From NCBI GenBank assembly GCA_964035545.1, contig OZ037769.1, positions 10,260,633-10,324,632 of the forward strand: a stretch of DNA of 64,000 nucleotides, given 5' to 3'. Both the position numbers and the translations under genes were made by a program. Origin of the DNA: Bugula neritina (taxonomy: Eukaryota > Animalia > Bryozoa). The notes beneath the pieces are model-generated. The model searched no databases. It was not told where the DNA came from and saw only the letters and a list, made by a program, of their open reading frames with translations. Each line of letters begins with the position of its first letter. The stretch's first letter is position 1. Below, one piece after another: positions 1-14,085 of the stretch.

Positions 1-909
1 AACTTAGGAGGTTTCCTACCTGCTAATACTACTATTATTTAAATTTGTCAGATAGCAGATATAGGCTAAATCAGACCTGAAATATATTGGCAGACAACCA
101 AATGAAACCAGACACCAACTTTTGTGTAGAACACCTGTAACCTACCTATTATATACCACTGCACTAACTGAATCATCCATCTAAGTAGAGGAAACAGCTC
201 TAACTGAGCTTGTCACTCCAAACATTAATTTTGTTGGGCAACTTTTCATAAACATTCCCTTAGATTCTACCACTATATTTATAAGGGTTTGACTTTTACC
301 CTATAGAGCTTGACACCTAGAAAAGTAAAATAGTAAAATAGAAATGACATTTAAAAGAAATAAAACTAGTAGGTTATAGAACCTTACTGAACACTGGAAA
401 TCTCAAAGATTTTCTTATGTTAGCAGTGATCTAGAAAACAGTGGCTCATCTACTTTTCACAAGCTCAACACTTTCAATTATTAGAGGCCAACAACAAGTC
501 ATGTCTGTTTAATTAATCTACATCCCTGTGAGAACCCCTGATGCCTCAGTTTTTGCTTAACTAGGCTAAAGACTTGTTTCTACTTTGTCACAAAACCAAT
601 CCTGATTGAATGTTCTTTCTGACATTATCAGCTTTCAAACGCATGACCTAGTGTTGCATGACTGTAGGCCAGCTCTCCAAACCACCAGACAATGGCTCTT
701 CTCTCTTATAGTCCGTGAAGGAATCTTGTTGACCTCTAGTGGTCCACTTGATTCTGTATGATTCAAAATATTCTGTATGACTCATAATATTCTTCTATAA
801 TGACTTAGGTCCTAGAATTTCACATAAACTTGACTACTCAAAAGCTCAAAAAATATGAAGTATGTGTCACATAATTTAACTTGTATGTTTCTTTTATTTC
901 TTTCTCCAG

Positions 910-3900
910 TTGCTGACATAATATACCCAGGAAAGAACTATAACCATAGCAGAAGAGTTGTGTCACATGGGTATGGCTACATCGTAAGTCACAGCTCATT
1001 CACTGGAGCTCCACTCCCCAACCAGTACAGCAATAACATTGATTCGTGGTTCACCTTGACTGGCCTTCAACCAGACTTAGTTTTGGAGTTTCACTTTTTA
1101 TCCTTTCAGCTGCACAATGACCTCAATTGTAGCGACTACCTAAACATCACTGGAATATCAGAAGATAACTTCGATTTCGAGCCCCTTATTTTGTGTGGTA
1201 ATGAAGCTGACAATACAGCGTACATCGTTACCACAGTGGGAGACTCTATTACCTTTCATTTCAAAACGGATGCTAGAAGCACCAACCCGGGCTTTCAGAT
1301 ACAATACTACATCCAGGGCTCTGCCGACTCTTTCCAGTTCAGTACAGAGTATAGCACAGACCCAGTCACATTAGACATCACCACAATTCTTCCAGGTATT
1401 TCTACCTACTTACAATACTATAAACCTACCTACCTACTTACCTACCTACCTACTTACCTACCTACCTACCTACCTACCTACCTACCTACCTACCTACCTA
1501 CCTACCTACCTACCTACCTACCTACCTACCTATACCTACCTACCTACCTACCTAACTACCTACCTACCTACCTACCTACCTACCTACCTTCCTATACCTA
1601 CCTATACCTACCTACCTGCCTAACTACCTACTTGCCTACCTACCTACTTACCTACCTACCTACCTGCACCTACCATTTGCCAGAGTGTAATCCCATATAC
1701 TTCATGTAATTATAATTTACATTCACAGAAAACTAGCTGGTTTACTTATAGTTAGGTGTGTTTGTGTGACTCAATTGGTCAACAATATTGTACACTGTGG
1801 CCAATCTCCAATATTTTGTCTGTTTAGTATTGTTATGCTAATAATATCATGTATAAAAATAACTTAGTATATCATTATGTCAAGTTTATCCACTGTAGTG
1901 CAACTAATTAAAATAATCAACCCACTTGCTTCATTTTGCTTCAATAATTGACAATTAACAGTCTTAAAATAAATTGATTAGTACATTAAATAGTAAATAA
2001 ATATGCTGTATAAAATGTATAAGACAGACTGTCACACAGTATTGAGAATGCCCCCATAACTTAAATAATGCCTTGGAAGCTGATTATGAAATATAATAAA
2101 ACAAATATTGAATTGTTACAAGAATAAAACAATTTCAACCCATGCTAGCATGTGATAGAAATAAAACTATTTGGAATATAAAGCATTTCTTATATGAGTA
2201 TTTCTTGTTAGAGAATGTAGAAAGCATTTCCATATAACAAAAGCTAACTTGAAAAAGTTGTATTGTAGTTTCTGGTAAAGGCAAAACCCTCAGAAAAAAG
2301 CAGTCATCCGCCAACAGCAATGGAATTGTGGTTGCCCCTCCAGCGAGCCAAAGACCGAATAAGCTGAGTGGTACTGACTATGTATATCTTGGAGTTGGCA
2401 TAGGAATTGGTAACTTACTGTTGGCTGCTGTTGTTATAACTGTGGTTATACTCCTAGTCAGAAAGAGAAAGTGAGTAACCTAACATGAGTCAATAAATTT
2501 AATTTAGAATGGCAAAATGGTGACACTGCATGCCTACAAAGTATTCAGTGATTTGTAAGCCTGCACTTGCTATATATAAAATGCATTTAATTGAGGTTAC
2601 AACAGTTAATGTCCAATCTACTGCAAACAACTAAATAGCCAAATGCTAAATGTATAATACAATTGTTGTTGTACTGCATATTGAAGTTATTGCACTATAT
2701 ATTATGATTATTATAATGTGCATGCAACACAGTAACTAGAATGAGCAGTACAATCATTGTAATTTTCGTGGTAAGGCATAACATTTTAATACTCTTCCAA
2801 GTTTCAATACAGTCAGTACTCTGTCTAGCCTATTAAAAACAAGTTTTGTAAACTATGAAATGCAATAAATTTTAAAACATGCACTAATAAGGCCACTGAA
2901 AATAGAAACACTAATTCACAGCAGTGAAAACATAGATTTATTGTGTGCATATGCCTATATATGTTGTAAGATTAGGATAAATAGTTTTTTTTATTGCGTT
3001 CAGGATATGTTGATAGCAGAAAGAATAAACTTAGTATGTGGAAAAACAGGAGCTATATCTAACTGAAAGATTTTTATAATTTTTTCTCTGAAAGCATATA
3101 TTTTAATAACAATGCTATAATACAACACTTCCTTTATTATGTTAATAATAATTAAACATCAACCATTAAACTAACAAATATTTCAAAAATCATCGAATTA
3201 AGTAATACATAGAGCATCAACTCATAGGATGTCTATTTACTCATAATTTTATCAACAGAAATGTCTCAAAATATAAGTCTTACAGAAAAACTGGGAAACT
3301 CCAGTGTAGTTTCTGTAGACTCTACAGTGTAGCATCTTTAGCCAGTGTAGTGTTTTTTACACTGTAGGGCCTGTAGTAACCGTAGTAATAATATTGCATG
3401 ATATACATCAAGTTTGTGGGTACCTCATCTATCCTCCTGAAGTAGTACTGCTCAATTAAAATCTCTCATTATTCTGGTTTCATAAGGCTTTACTAAGTTG
3501 ATGGCTACACCTCTCCTGCCAAATGTTCTGCATCTACCAATGCTGCGCATGTAGAGCTTTCTGGTGATGGGGAGGCCATAGTTGATAATAAGAAAGACTT
3601 GATCCCTGCGAAAACCTCTCACCCACATGTGTGTTGTGATAAGAACCTGGAAAGCTCCCGACATAAACTCTTCTATAATTTAACCCCGCTGGCTTCATGG
3701 GGCATGTCTCTAAATATTGAGGAGGCAGTGAAGTTGGCTTTCTTCATCTTTTCTGTCAGCCAGTCTACTTTCTCCTTAGTATTACAGAATATAGCAACTT
3801 GTGTGAAGGCGAGGTTATCACACAGGTCTCACAGCTTGTAAAACCTACACTCTTCCCTCTCCACGTAGATGAAGAATTGATCAATTCCTATCAAAGTCAA

Positions 3901-4842
3901 ATCATTATCATACCATGGATGTCTAATTAGATAAGCCATTTTGAAAATCTTTTGGAGATTCGACCACTGCCGCTATGTAGAATAATTATGAACCAGTTTT
4001 ATTGTGAGAAAAGTGTGTTAGATAGTTAAAAAGTACAAAGAGAAGGAATTCTGTTTATACAAAAAGCAGGTGATTGGAACATGGCATCCTGTTGCTGCAG
4101 CAGATTGGTACGGAATAGTTGCTGAACCATAGCTGAATAATAAGGGCTGGTATGAACTGGCATACTGTTCACTAACTCTTTATTTTGAACTTTAAAAGAT
4201 GTAGATCATTGGATTAAAATACAGCAGATAAATTATATCTCAATACAGAATATTCTGTAAACTCATGCGGATTCGCTGGTCTCCTAAGAAATTCTAGAAT
4301 GTCATGTGGGAGATTAATTATGATGAATTGATGAATTACACAACCTAAGTTAGAAGTAATGCACAGCCTTACAGGCTTAGTTTTGCCACATAATGATGAA
4401 TTGTGGTAAAAAAATGTTAAAATGATGGGTAATAATAGAGGATGCATCTAACATTCCAAAACTTAAACATTTAAACTTGCATGAAATGCATTATCATGAC
4501 AAATGAAGTCTTTGAATTGCTCTATGCTATATTTACAAAGTTAAAGGATTACACCAAAGTCATTAGGAGAAAAGTTTTACTGCTATAGCCACATTTCACA
4601 AACCTTGTGGAGTGCCAATTAATAGCGATTAGTTTTTTAGGTCTCTTTGCACAGTGCTGCTTATCACTACCACGTTACTACCACTACATATGGTAATAGA
4701 ATACCTACCTCCAAAGCAGGAAGAGTTTACATTAAAATACTCATAATTATGATACAAAATATCTTATTAAATGAACCTACTGCAGTGTAGAAATCTTTGT
4801 GAAATGTACAATAGAGCCCAGGAGATAGGAAAGCAGTGGCCT

Positions 4843-4889
<47 letters not shown>

Positions 4890-6156
4890 ATAAATAGTGT
4901 ATATATTTATATCCTAGGCCACTACTGCACTGTCAGGTGTTAGACTACATACTGTTCCTGGGCCACAGCATACACAGTACTTAGCCCACTTAAAAACATC
5001 AACTGCCCGTGTTTCTCACTAAAATGGAGAGTTTACGAGAAATCCAAGTTTTTTTTTCATGTAAATGTCATTGATGAGACAAGGTAGCCTACCAATAAAC
5101 GTCTTTTAATTTATTGAAGTTATGCTAATTCTGCACATTTATTGTCACTTTCTTTGCAGACGCTTATCAAGACGTTCTGAGTTGCCATATTCCACAGCGG
5201 ATTCTTCTCAGAAACATGGTGGCAGAGGTGTGTATCTGAGTAAAGCAGTGTTTACCAAACTCTTTAATTTTGTCATTTACTCGTTCAGTTGCTGAGTCCT
5301 ACATTCTAAATCAATACTGTAGCTAATAACTGAGAGCGATCATGCTGTACCACCAATTATTTAGACCTACATTTTGCTGCAAAGCACTCGGTTGTGATTT
5401 GTTAAATATTTTCTACAACTATATTGGTGCAATGAACATGTTTTACAATTTATTCGGCAATATTGTTAAATTGTTATACTAAAATTTAGCTAATATAACT
5501 CATGCTAGTCTTGTTCATTCTATACAATGAAAATGGTCTTTTCACCTTCACATAATTCTTCATCAATTTTTTTTATCGTTTTAGCTGCAATGGTACCTGG
5601 AAGTGGTGATGCGTGTGATGATGAGTCAGCATACTACAGTGAAATTGGAACCTTCCGCAAAGCCTTACAAGAAAATAATAAAAATGATATGAACTTGCAT
5701 TACGCGTCTCGATCTGTTTGTGGTAGCACCTTCTACCACACTGTAGAGGAACCAAACGCCACAGAACAGGTGCCAGCAAACAGTCTACCTCTGTCACAAC
5801 TGAGCTCCAACTATTCACCGAGCACCAGAAACGAATACGAAGGAATACCTCTGCACACTTCCCACAGTGAATACGCAAGGCATTCAGAGGGAGCAGCTCA
5901 CTCAGAGCGTACCAGATACTCAGTGCTGCCTAAGAGGCCAGAGCCATCTGAATCAGTAACTCAGTACTCTAACACCCCCGACTACGACAGGCCACTTTCC
6001 AACATCAAGTCTCCTTATTATGCAGAGAAGAGAAGCTACCCACAACAAAGACCTGCTTCACAATATCAATCATATCTTGCAGTTCCTGACAGTGAAGCAC
6101 ACTCTCCCCATGGTTTCAGTTCAGCTGGGTTAGTACTTAATATTTGTCAACAGTGA
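910..6156 (+). CDS. CUB-domain single-pass transmembrane protein with Tyr-rich cytoplasmic tail (5' exon or exons not found)
   Basis: Exons 910-1395, 2269-2470, 5160-5227 and 5585-6156, all AG/GT-bounded with matching phases (1,2,1). The first exon has a CUB pattern (YSNNIDSWF...[10 protein letters not shown]...CSDYLNI...LCG...[17 protein letters not shown]). The second encodes a TM helix ([25 protein letters not shown]) followed by RKRK. A GG|GTTAGT donor at 6128/6129 could instead splice to a last exon at 7337-7352 (GVFIK*). Confidence 0.8.
1425..1672 (+). repeat. (TACC)n microsatellite in intron
   Basis: Direct reading. It explains the PTYL repeats of ORF 855..1709. Confidence 0.95.
3400..3912 (-). 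pseudogene. EIF4A3: eIF4A-III (EIF4A3/DDX48) processed pseudogene fragment, second RecA domain only
   Basis: The minus strand reads [58 protein letters not shown]...[27 protein letters not shown]...[15 protein letters not shown]...[15 protein letters not shown], colinear with the eIF4A3 C-terminal half. It has one in-frame TGA, two frameshifts and no introns. Confidence 0.88.
4815..4965. repeat. Small foldback (MITE-like) element with central (TA)n
   Basis: AGTGGCCTCGGATATA and TATATCCTAGGCCACT are inverted copies (1 mismatch) flanking the (TA)n. An outer inverted pair is GCCCAGGA/TCCTGGGC. Confidence 0.45.
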
Positions 6157-7736
6157 CCTTTCATATTAGAGTAAACACAGTAGACGTGTGACAGATGCAA
6201 AGCAGTGCCAGTTTGAGTGAGCATATACCTAATTTTAACACTCTCCTAATATTTTACATAATTTATGTTAATTCATTATAGTACCCAAATTTCTTTAAGA
6301 TGAAAAACAAAGTTAGAACCTCTCCATGAGCAAGTAATGATACAATTTGCATTTATTGTAGATTAAGCGTGGCTAACAATATGGACCATAGGCAGTACAA
6401 GTGGAGAGTAAATGATGCTACTCAGAGATTTTAGTGTCAAGCACTAGATTTGCCAACATTGTTCAACCATGAATATGTTAAAAGCTCAAAAAATGGAGAA
6501 CAAATTTGAGGACTTTCTTTCATGATTGGACTGATTTAAAATTTCATTTAACATGGGAACTGTTATTGCATAATTTTGAGGCCTTAAAACTTTTACTCTA
6601 CCATTATAAAAAAACCTTTGCAATAAGAAGAGTTTCATTAACAATTTTGAAATTGATCTTAAAAGATCTACATACTAAAATATTTTATTATGAGTAGCAT
6701 ATTATGTTTCATGTGCTTCAAACAGGGTGCCTTTAAAGTTTAATTTATGATTGACATGCATAATTGAAACAGAACAACTACAGGCTGGGCTGGTTAAAAC
6801 ATTGTAGGGCCACTGGAAGTTTTTAAGAGACCACTTCACAAGTTATATAAATGCTATTAAGTGCACAATGTCAGCAACTGTTTGACTTAAATAGTCTAAC
6901 TTTAAATAGGAATGGAGAATATGAAGTGAAATTGTAGGAATACCGACGTCATGCAAGCTTTTAGTTTTTATATAAGCAATTATTTTTCAAATAAATATTA
7001 AAGCACAGGTGTTCTTGCTGCTATAAACTTGATCAAAACTACAGCTGCTATGTCCCCGAGTTTCTTTCCTATTACTCATTGTAAATACTACACAGTACAC
7101 ATTGTGATTTTATATTTATACCAATAGTTTTATAAGCAAATGTCAGTTTTTAAAATTGAAATGAACAAAGTGTGATAAATTTATATTTATATTATTAAAA
7201 CACTTAGTATATTTTCTAGTAAGCTTGCTTACTAGTGAACTTTTTCGTATAATTTTTGTTCTTGCATAATATACCTAATTCATATTTGTATAATTTTAAA
7301 ATAATTCTTTTTGTAAACTTGATGCATTTGTTTCAGGGTGTTCATAAAATAGCGAGGAGATACTTGATATTTTGCAAAGTAAAAATGTCGGGTTTTTGAA
7401 GAAACTAGGCCTGACAAAACCAAGACTAATGTATTGATGTGTTTATTAATCAACTAGTTTGCAGACTATTATCATAAAGCATACGTTTCAATGATAAGAT
7501 ACTGAGAGGTTAGCAAAAGGTAAGCTTTGTAGTGAATAGCTACAAGATGCAAGTATACCCTTGACAAGTTGTGGTATATGCTTCAGAGACTTAGCAAGTT
7601 ACTACTGTTCATCAAGTACAACTGAGAGTCTTTCAACATGTAATAATGGAGTCCGTGCCTTTCCTAAATAACTGATAAATCATTTTTTAAGAAGTAAATA
7701 GAGCGCTTAACTATTACACAGTAATCACTAGTAGGT

Positions 7737-7923
7737 ACACAATAACCAGGTGAGTACTACTAGTACACAGTAACCAGGTGAGTACTATTAGTACACAGTA
7801 ACCAGGTGAGTGCTACTAGTACATAGTAACCAGGTGAGTACTACTAGTACACAGTAACCAGGTGAGTACTACTAGTATATAGTAACCAGGTGAGTACTAC
7901 TAGTACATGGTAACCAGGTGAGT
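7737..7923 (+). repeat. 28-bp minisatellite, 7 copies (ACACAGTAACCAGGTGAGTACTACTAGT)
   Basis: CAGGTGAGT recurs at 7747, 7775, 7803, 7831, 7859, 7887 and 7915. Confidence 0.95.
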
Positions 7924-8211
7924 CAGATGTTACAAATTTGACGGATAAATTTATCTCTGATATTACACACAATTTTTGCTTCGCAACACATAAAATAATA
8001 AAGAATGCAAATTACTATAAAACTTTCTCTTTCACTGAAACGAATGCAATAAATAATAGATAAAGCAACATAATATTATGAGCATGTATAGTATTCAAAG
8101 TTAGTGCCTATATTGTGCACAGTTACTGTGGCTGAGCAACAACATTGAGCCAGTCTGTAATACAATTATCATATTTATTTGAAATTAATACGCTAAAAAA
8201 ACAAATTAAAA

Positions 8212-11200
8212 CTAAGTCACACTTCTATTACACTGAAGCCACTGTTTATGCTGACTTATTGCTTGTTCTTTAACTTTCCAAAACTCTGATTCTATGCAGT
8301 CAGTGATCAGCTTTCTCGTAGCCATCTAAAAGAGAAATCATGAATATCAAAGTGAAAAGTGTAGATTCTTGAAGTAAACTGCATGGTAATACGAGTAGTG
8401 TGGCCGTTTGAGCGTAGGTTAGTAGATGTTTCAACCTCAACTCACAAAAACAACTTCCTTAAATATTTTATATCATTAGAATCCAGTACTAAAAGACCTG
8501 TTTTATTTTGTAACTTGAAAAGGAATTTCACAATTTCGAAGTGTTCGAGCTAATGTTATTACAATGTCAACAAGCAGGTGACCAATTCAATATCTAGATC
8601 ATACTCCAGGTGTGGGCAACCAAATTAACTATATAAGCTTTGTGATTCTATTGACTATACTGGTCTTTAAAACAAACCAAGAGTGATAACTCCAACAGGC
8701 TGAAGGGTAAACTGTAACAGGGTAAAACCCCACATAAATCATCAGCTTAAAATTGCAAAGACGAAAGAGAGATGAAGAAACATTTGGAAAGAGCTTCGAT
8801 AGAAATAGCCATTTTGTTCATGTAGCTGAATTCCAAGGATACACAATCTCAAAGAAACTTTTCGTACTTGCCGACTTTCATATTTACGAACACAGGAAAA
8901 GTAATTTTATGCCTTATAGCAAAATCCTATTCTAGTTACTTGCATAGCTACAATACCAAGAGCAAGAACAGGAAAGATAACTCCTTAGTTTATCTAACAG
9001 ATAGATGATATATAAGTTGTTCTATTAAAGCAAATATTCAATTTTATAACATATTGACTATTCTTGAGTATTTTCAAAGCATTCGATGAGTAAAGCAGAC
9101 TATTTTATAAGTAAAGGCAAGTGTGTTGAAGAGAAGATAACTCCCTGTAGTTATAACAGCCAAGTTGCTTCACTCATTACAGCATTTATAGATTTGCTGA
9201 GGAATAAAATATTACGTTGCTCACAGGCCAACTTGAACGGAACAAAATTCTATAATATTTTTAGCTGCTTTCCATAATGTAAGCTAAGTTCAACATATAG
9301 TAGGTAACTTAGTTTAGGTAGCACTAAAAGTACGTCATATCAAAGGCTGCATAAAACCTACAGGATCTAAGGCTTCGTCCTTGGCACGAGTCAGAACTTC
9401 TTTGAGTTGTATTGGATCACCCACATACGCAGCCACAGTCTGAAATAGATCAAGGGCTATATTAAATATTTCAAAATGATGCAATGAGATAGGGAGTTGC
9501 TTGAGATAGACAATACAGATGTATTATATCATTACGCTTCATGTACAAACTGTTAATTGACAGCCTATGTTCGCCACCACTATATGTCTAAACAATGTTT
9601 ATATATGCATAGATAAACATAAACCTAAAGATACTATGCATTTACCTATCTACACACAACCTTATGAATATATATGTATATACCTGTCTAATTTGAGGAA
9701 TATATGGTCTCTTATTAGGTAGCACATCATTCATGCCTAACACCCATATAGGTATTACATCAGGAAGAGTATTACATTCTGCTATCAATCTACCCACTCC
9801 TACAACACCGACATAACCAAATAATATCAGAGGAAATACAGGTGGGAAGTATGAAGCTGGCAGTAGTACACACCTTGGTGCTCGCTATACAGCAGCCTTC
9901 CAATAAAACAAATAGTTACTTTACAATAAGCAATTAAAAACCTATACAGAATATTGAGCTATTGGTTATAAAATAAAACATATAAACATATATAAAATAA
10001 TCATTTTTAGAGTAAAACATAGAGGTGGAAATATCTTTATAATGAAACTACCAACTATTGTAAGGGATTTTATTGCAAAACTGTAATAAACTATTAAATG
10101 ATTTTTTCCTTATTTACATGCATGCAGCCATTTCACAAGAACAAAATATAACTCCCTCTTCTTATGTACGTACAGCAGCTAGCATGAAATAAGTAAAGTG
10201 ACGCTGGTATACATGAACATGTATAGCTAACAAGTCTACTAGTCAACATGGTGACTATGAGATAAAAATGCTAGTTGTAAATACTGGAGCTAAGAAAGTG
10301 GCAAACAGCTAGAAGCAATTTTTTTTTCTTAGACACATTATTTTGCTATTCCAAAACTTGGGGAAACAGAAAAAGCCCTACGGTGTGCTTAATTTGTGAC
10401 ACCAGCCCTCCCCCCTGTAAAGGTGCAAGTATAAAATAGACACATGTTTACTTCTAGAAAGATAGTTTATGTTGACATGATTTTATCTCATCATTTGTAT
10501 TATGATACATTCCGAAAAGAAATAAACATTTCTCATCTATTTAGACTGCAAAATAAGCCAATGATTGGTTGAACATCCTATACAGGCAATGTGAGTCCTG
10601 CCCTTTTGACACGAATCAGTCTGGAACAATTCTTACCCCATTTCAATCTTCTAGTTTGCTCTATGTTGATTTTGCCTGAAACACATACATAAAGTAAACA
10701 GTGTAAGTTCACCACATGGCAAAAAGTGGCAATAAAATTAATTGTAACTGAGCAGCAAACTGCATACAGTAAATGTTTAATTGCAAAGGAACTCGTGTCT
10801 ATAAAATAGTCTCACAGAACAACTTAAAACATTTAAGACAAAAAATACATTGACATTTTTTACAATATTTTATTTCTGGTAAACCTGGATAGTGTCCCTT
10901 TATTATATTACTGTAGAAACACTACATCATGTAACCACTTAGTTTATCCTTGATGTGTGAAAGAAACACTCAGCAAAGCGAACATTTCTGGCAGGTTTTT
11001 CAGCTTTTCAAGCTCTATAGCATTTAGGCAGTACTACTACTCTCCCAGTCACTTCTGTAATACACATACTGAACATGTATTCTTGTACCAGGTCAGCAAT
11101 TCAACAAGCTGTAAACTAACCTTCAGGGAAAATGCTGACCCACTGGCCTTCATTGAGTTTATCAATACAGAAGTCAACTCCCTGCTGATACACTCCCAAA

Positions 11201-14085
11201 CCTCTCAGAACTGGCACACACCGACCATTGCTAAACATAAAAGAGTAAAGTCTGTTGGTAAAGCAAAACTCTGCGGCTACAGGAATCCACCTGAACTGAC
11301 CAGAAAAAACATGTCTCCACTTTGAAAGCACTGCAATAGAAAAACATGGCGGAGAAGTTTTACCAAGTTGCAACTCTCTTTAGCTGAGACACTTCAATAT
11401 TCACCAGACAAAGAGTTAACAGATATATGAAAATGGTTCAATAGTAATATTACTAAACAAAAGAAATGCAAATGAAGGTTTGCACTAACTACTTGGTGCC
11501 AAAAAATTGCATTATGTAATAATAAGAAATATGGAAATTCACACTGTTTTCTCACTAAGATGTGTATGTATATGTAATGAGCTGAATATTATTGAAGCAA
11601 TTTAAGCACTCAGATTTAGGAACCACTTAAATACACATGATTGTGATGTCTTAAGTAACTCAAAACAATTAGTTGTATGCAAAATATGTTAAAAGGTTGC
11701 CAATGATTAAGCCTATGCAAACTAAAGTATAAAAACTGATGAATAATATAAAAAAAACTACAAAATAATGGATGATACTATTTCTGTCTCAAGACGTGCT
11801 GGCATTTCCAATATCATATAATGGGCAAGATAGATTCCCTTTAAACTGTTGAACACTTAATTTACAAGAACTAATGCCCACTTAATAACAATAGTAAAAT
11901 AATTTGACGAGTCACAATGCAGCTGGATATATCCTGTAAGTTTCTGTCTAATTATTAAAAGTTGACAGAAACTGAAACGAGTCAGATTTTATTCATACAG
12001 TCTTAAACTATAAGAAAGATTAATGCTTACCTCCCCATACTAACGGGTCATCAATGCATGATTGGTGATTTACTATGGTTATTAATGGTTTAGTGTTGCA
12101 TCCTTTTTTTTGTGTTTCTTTTATACGATTTTCTATCAATGTTTGAAAAGATGTACCATTGTATATCACTTTTTTGGTTATTGGTCGAGCTAAAACACAA
12201 CAACATGGTTTGATGATTATTACATTGAAACAAGCTACATAGTTTTTCTACTAATTCAATAAACCACAGCATATAAAAAATCCAAAGAGCAGTTTTGCAA
12301 GTTTTTTTTGGTGTCACTCAATAAATAATTAATTGACATGAGAATGGCATTTTCAAAAAGTATAAAAGTGCATACAAGCTTGTGTATATTAATGCATGAT
12401 AATTTTGTTCAACGACTATATTATATACTCCACGTTTAAATCCGTTTTAAAATATAAATATAAGGTTTTGAATAAACTCTTTTCAAAGATATGTATATAT
12501 TTACTTGTACAGTGAAACCTGAATACATTTCAGCCAGAAGAGACTAAGCCTTGTAGTTTGAATTACTAAAACAAAATATGATTAACATGGCCACAGTGTT
12601 GAGTTCTTGAAATTTCTCGACTCGATTAAAGTGAATTTTCAATAATTTTCAGCTAAATTGATAGTGTAGATTGAATGGGCAATAAAATTTGTAGATTTTT
12701 ATCTTAAAGGAAAAATTATTTGTTACAGCCTAGTGTTTAAAGTTGTAAGAATAAGTTATAGTGTTATTTCCAGTATATCTTTGAGAAGCTTATAACTAAT
12801 AAATGAGTTTAGTGGTTGAAACTCGAATACCTAAACATGGTACAGACTGTGTGTTGTGAGGCATGTGTGAGGTAACCTGCCAACTTCATTAAAATTTTAC
12901 TTTACAAGAAAAGACGACAATATAATTTCCATAAACTGACTAGCCTATAGTTAGAATGAGACTGAGTTAATGTGTCATGTTTGCTGCAATCAGACGAATA
13001 CAAATCAATGTAAACATATGGTTGCAAACTATGCTGGAACATGGAGGTAACTTGCCATTTATTTTCAACTTTGTTAGTGTATTATAATATACACTAAGTA
13101 TAGATTCAATTAAAGGTAAATTATATTTCTCGCAAGCCATTCTACAAATTTGCATAAACAGTTTCAGTGATTTGGGCTATGGGCATACACCAAGCAGTCT
13201 AAAACAATGATATGCAATTTCTTATCATCATGTGACTGTTGGACTGCCTCAACAAGCAAAATAGTTTTTCTATCAATCGATATAAAAGGTACAGCTGTTC
13301 AAGCTTGTTCAACTAATGAAACAGGTTATTCCGTCATAACCAAAGTGAATTTCGTATAACAGAGATATGGATCAGCAACTATGGCCAAACACATGATGTA
13401 AACAACAATTAAAATTATTGGTTCCAACTTATCATTAAAATACAATCAATTTATTACAAATCTAATTCAATTATATGATTGAGTTCTAGCTGACTATTAT
13501 TTCAAATAATGATCTAGCATCCAGAAACCATCTAATGTTTTGCCCACTACAGTGCTACCAGGCATAAAATAAAGTTATAGCTATTTTGATTTCACCATTT
13601 TCGAGGTCAAACTCATGCAGTTTATATATCTAAGCCATAATCGTTTCAATATTTTTTAAATTTGTGCCATTCTGGACTTTAATAAAATAAATTGAGCAAA
13701 ACTTATGATCAAAAGGGCGGAGTAAAAGCAAATAATTATCGAGAAATAACTGAAATTGTATCAATATTGGCCATTCTTATCATAAAGCATTGAAAGCAAA
13801 TGATGGTTTCATTGATAATAGTACATAGTTGTTACTGTTATTCGACCATTACCTGCAGTTTTACTTGACCGCGACTGCATAGATCAGTCTAGTTAGTACT
13901 ACAATAACTCTAGAACTATTGCAGATGTAAAAAATTGAAAACCAAGCTTATAATAATGACTTACAAGTCCATAGCTTTGCCATAGAAAAAACTAAGAGTT
14001 GAACCAATCGGCCAGATAGTCTGTTCTCCTTCTTTCTATGAAGTGTGGTACTAAATGGCCATTCCCATAGTTTGTTTTTTGCCAT
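8212..14085 (-). CDS. TAFAZZIN: Tafazzin (cardiolipin transacylase), 7 coding exons, 278 aa
   Basis: Exons 13965-14085, 12031-12189, 11121-11330, 10637-10675, 9684-9799, 9362-9439 and 8212-8325 sum to 837 nt with consistent phases. Motifs include WPF at the N-terminus, PLITIVNHQSCIDDPLVWG (HX4D), RCVPVLRGLGVYQ, WVSIFPEGKIN, LKWGVGRLIAEC, GMNDVLPN and RKLITDCIESEF. An AG directly before the ATG implies an upstream 5'UTR exon. Confidence 0.95.

Noticed and set aside
855-1709. 284-aa single-exon ORF with PTYL repeats
   Set aside because: Only 910-1395 is exon; the rest is intron and (TACC)n read-through.
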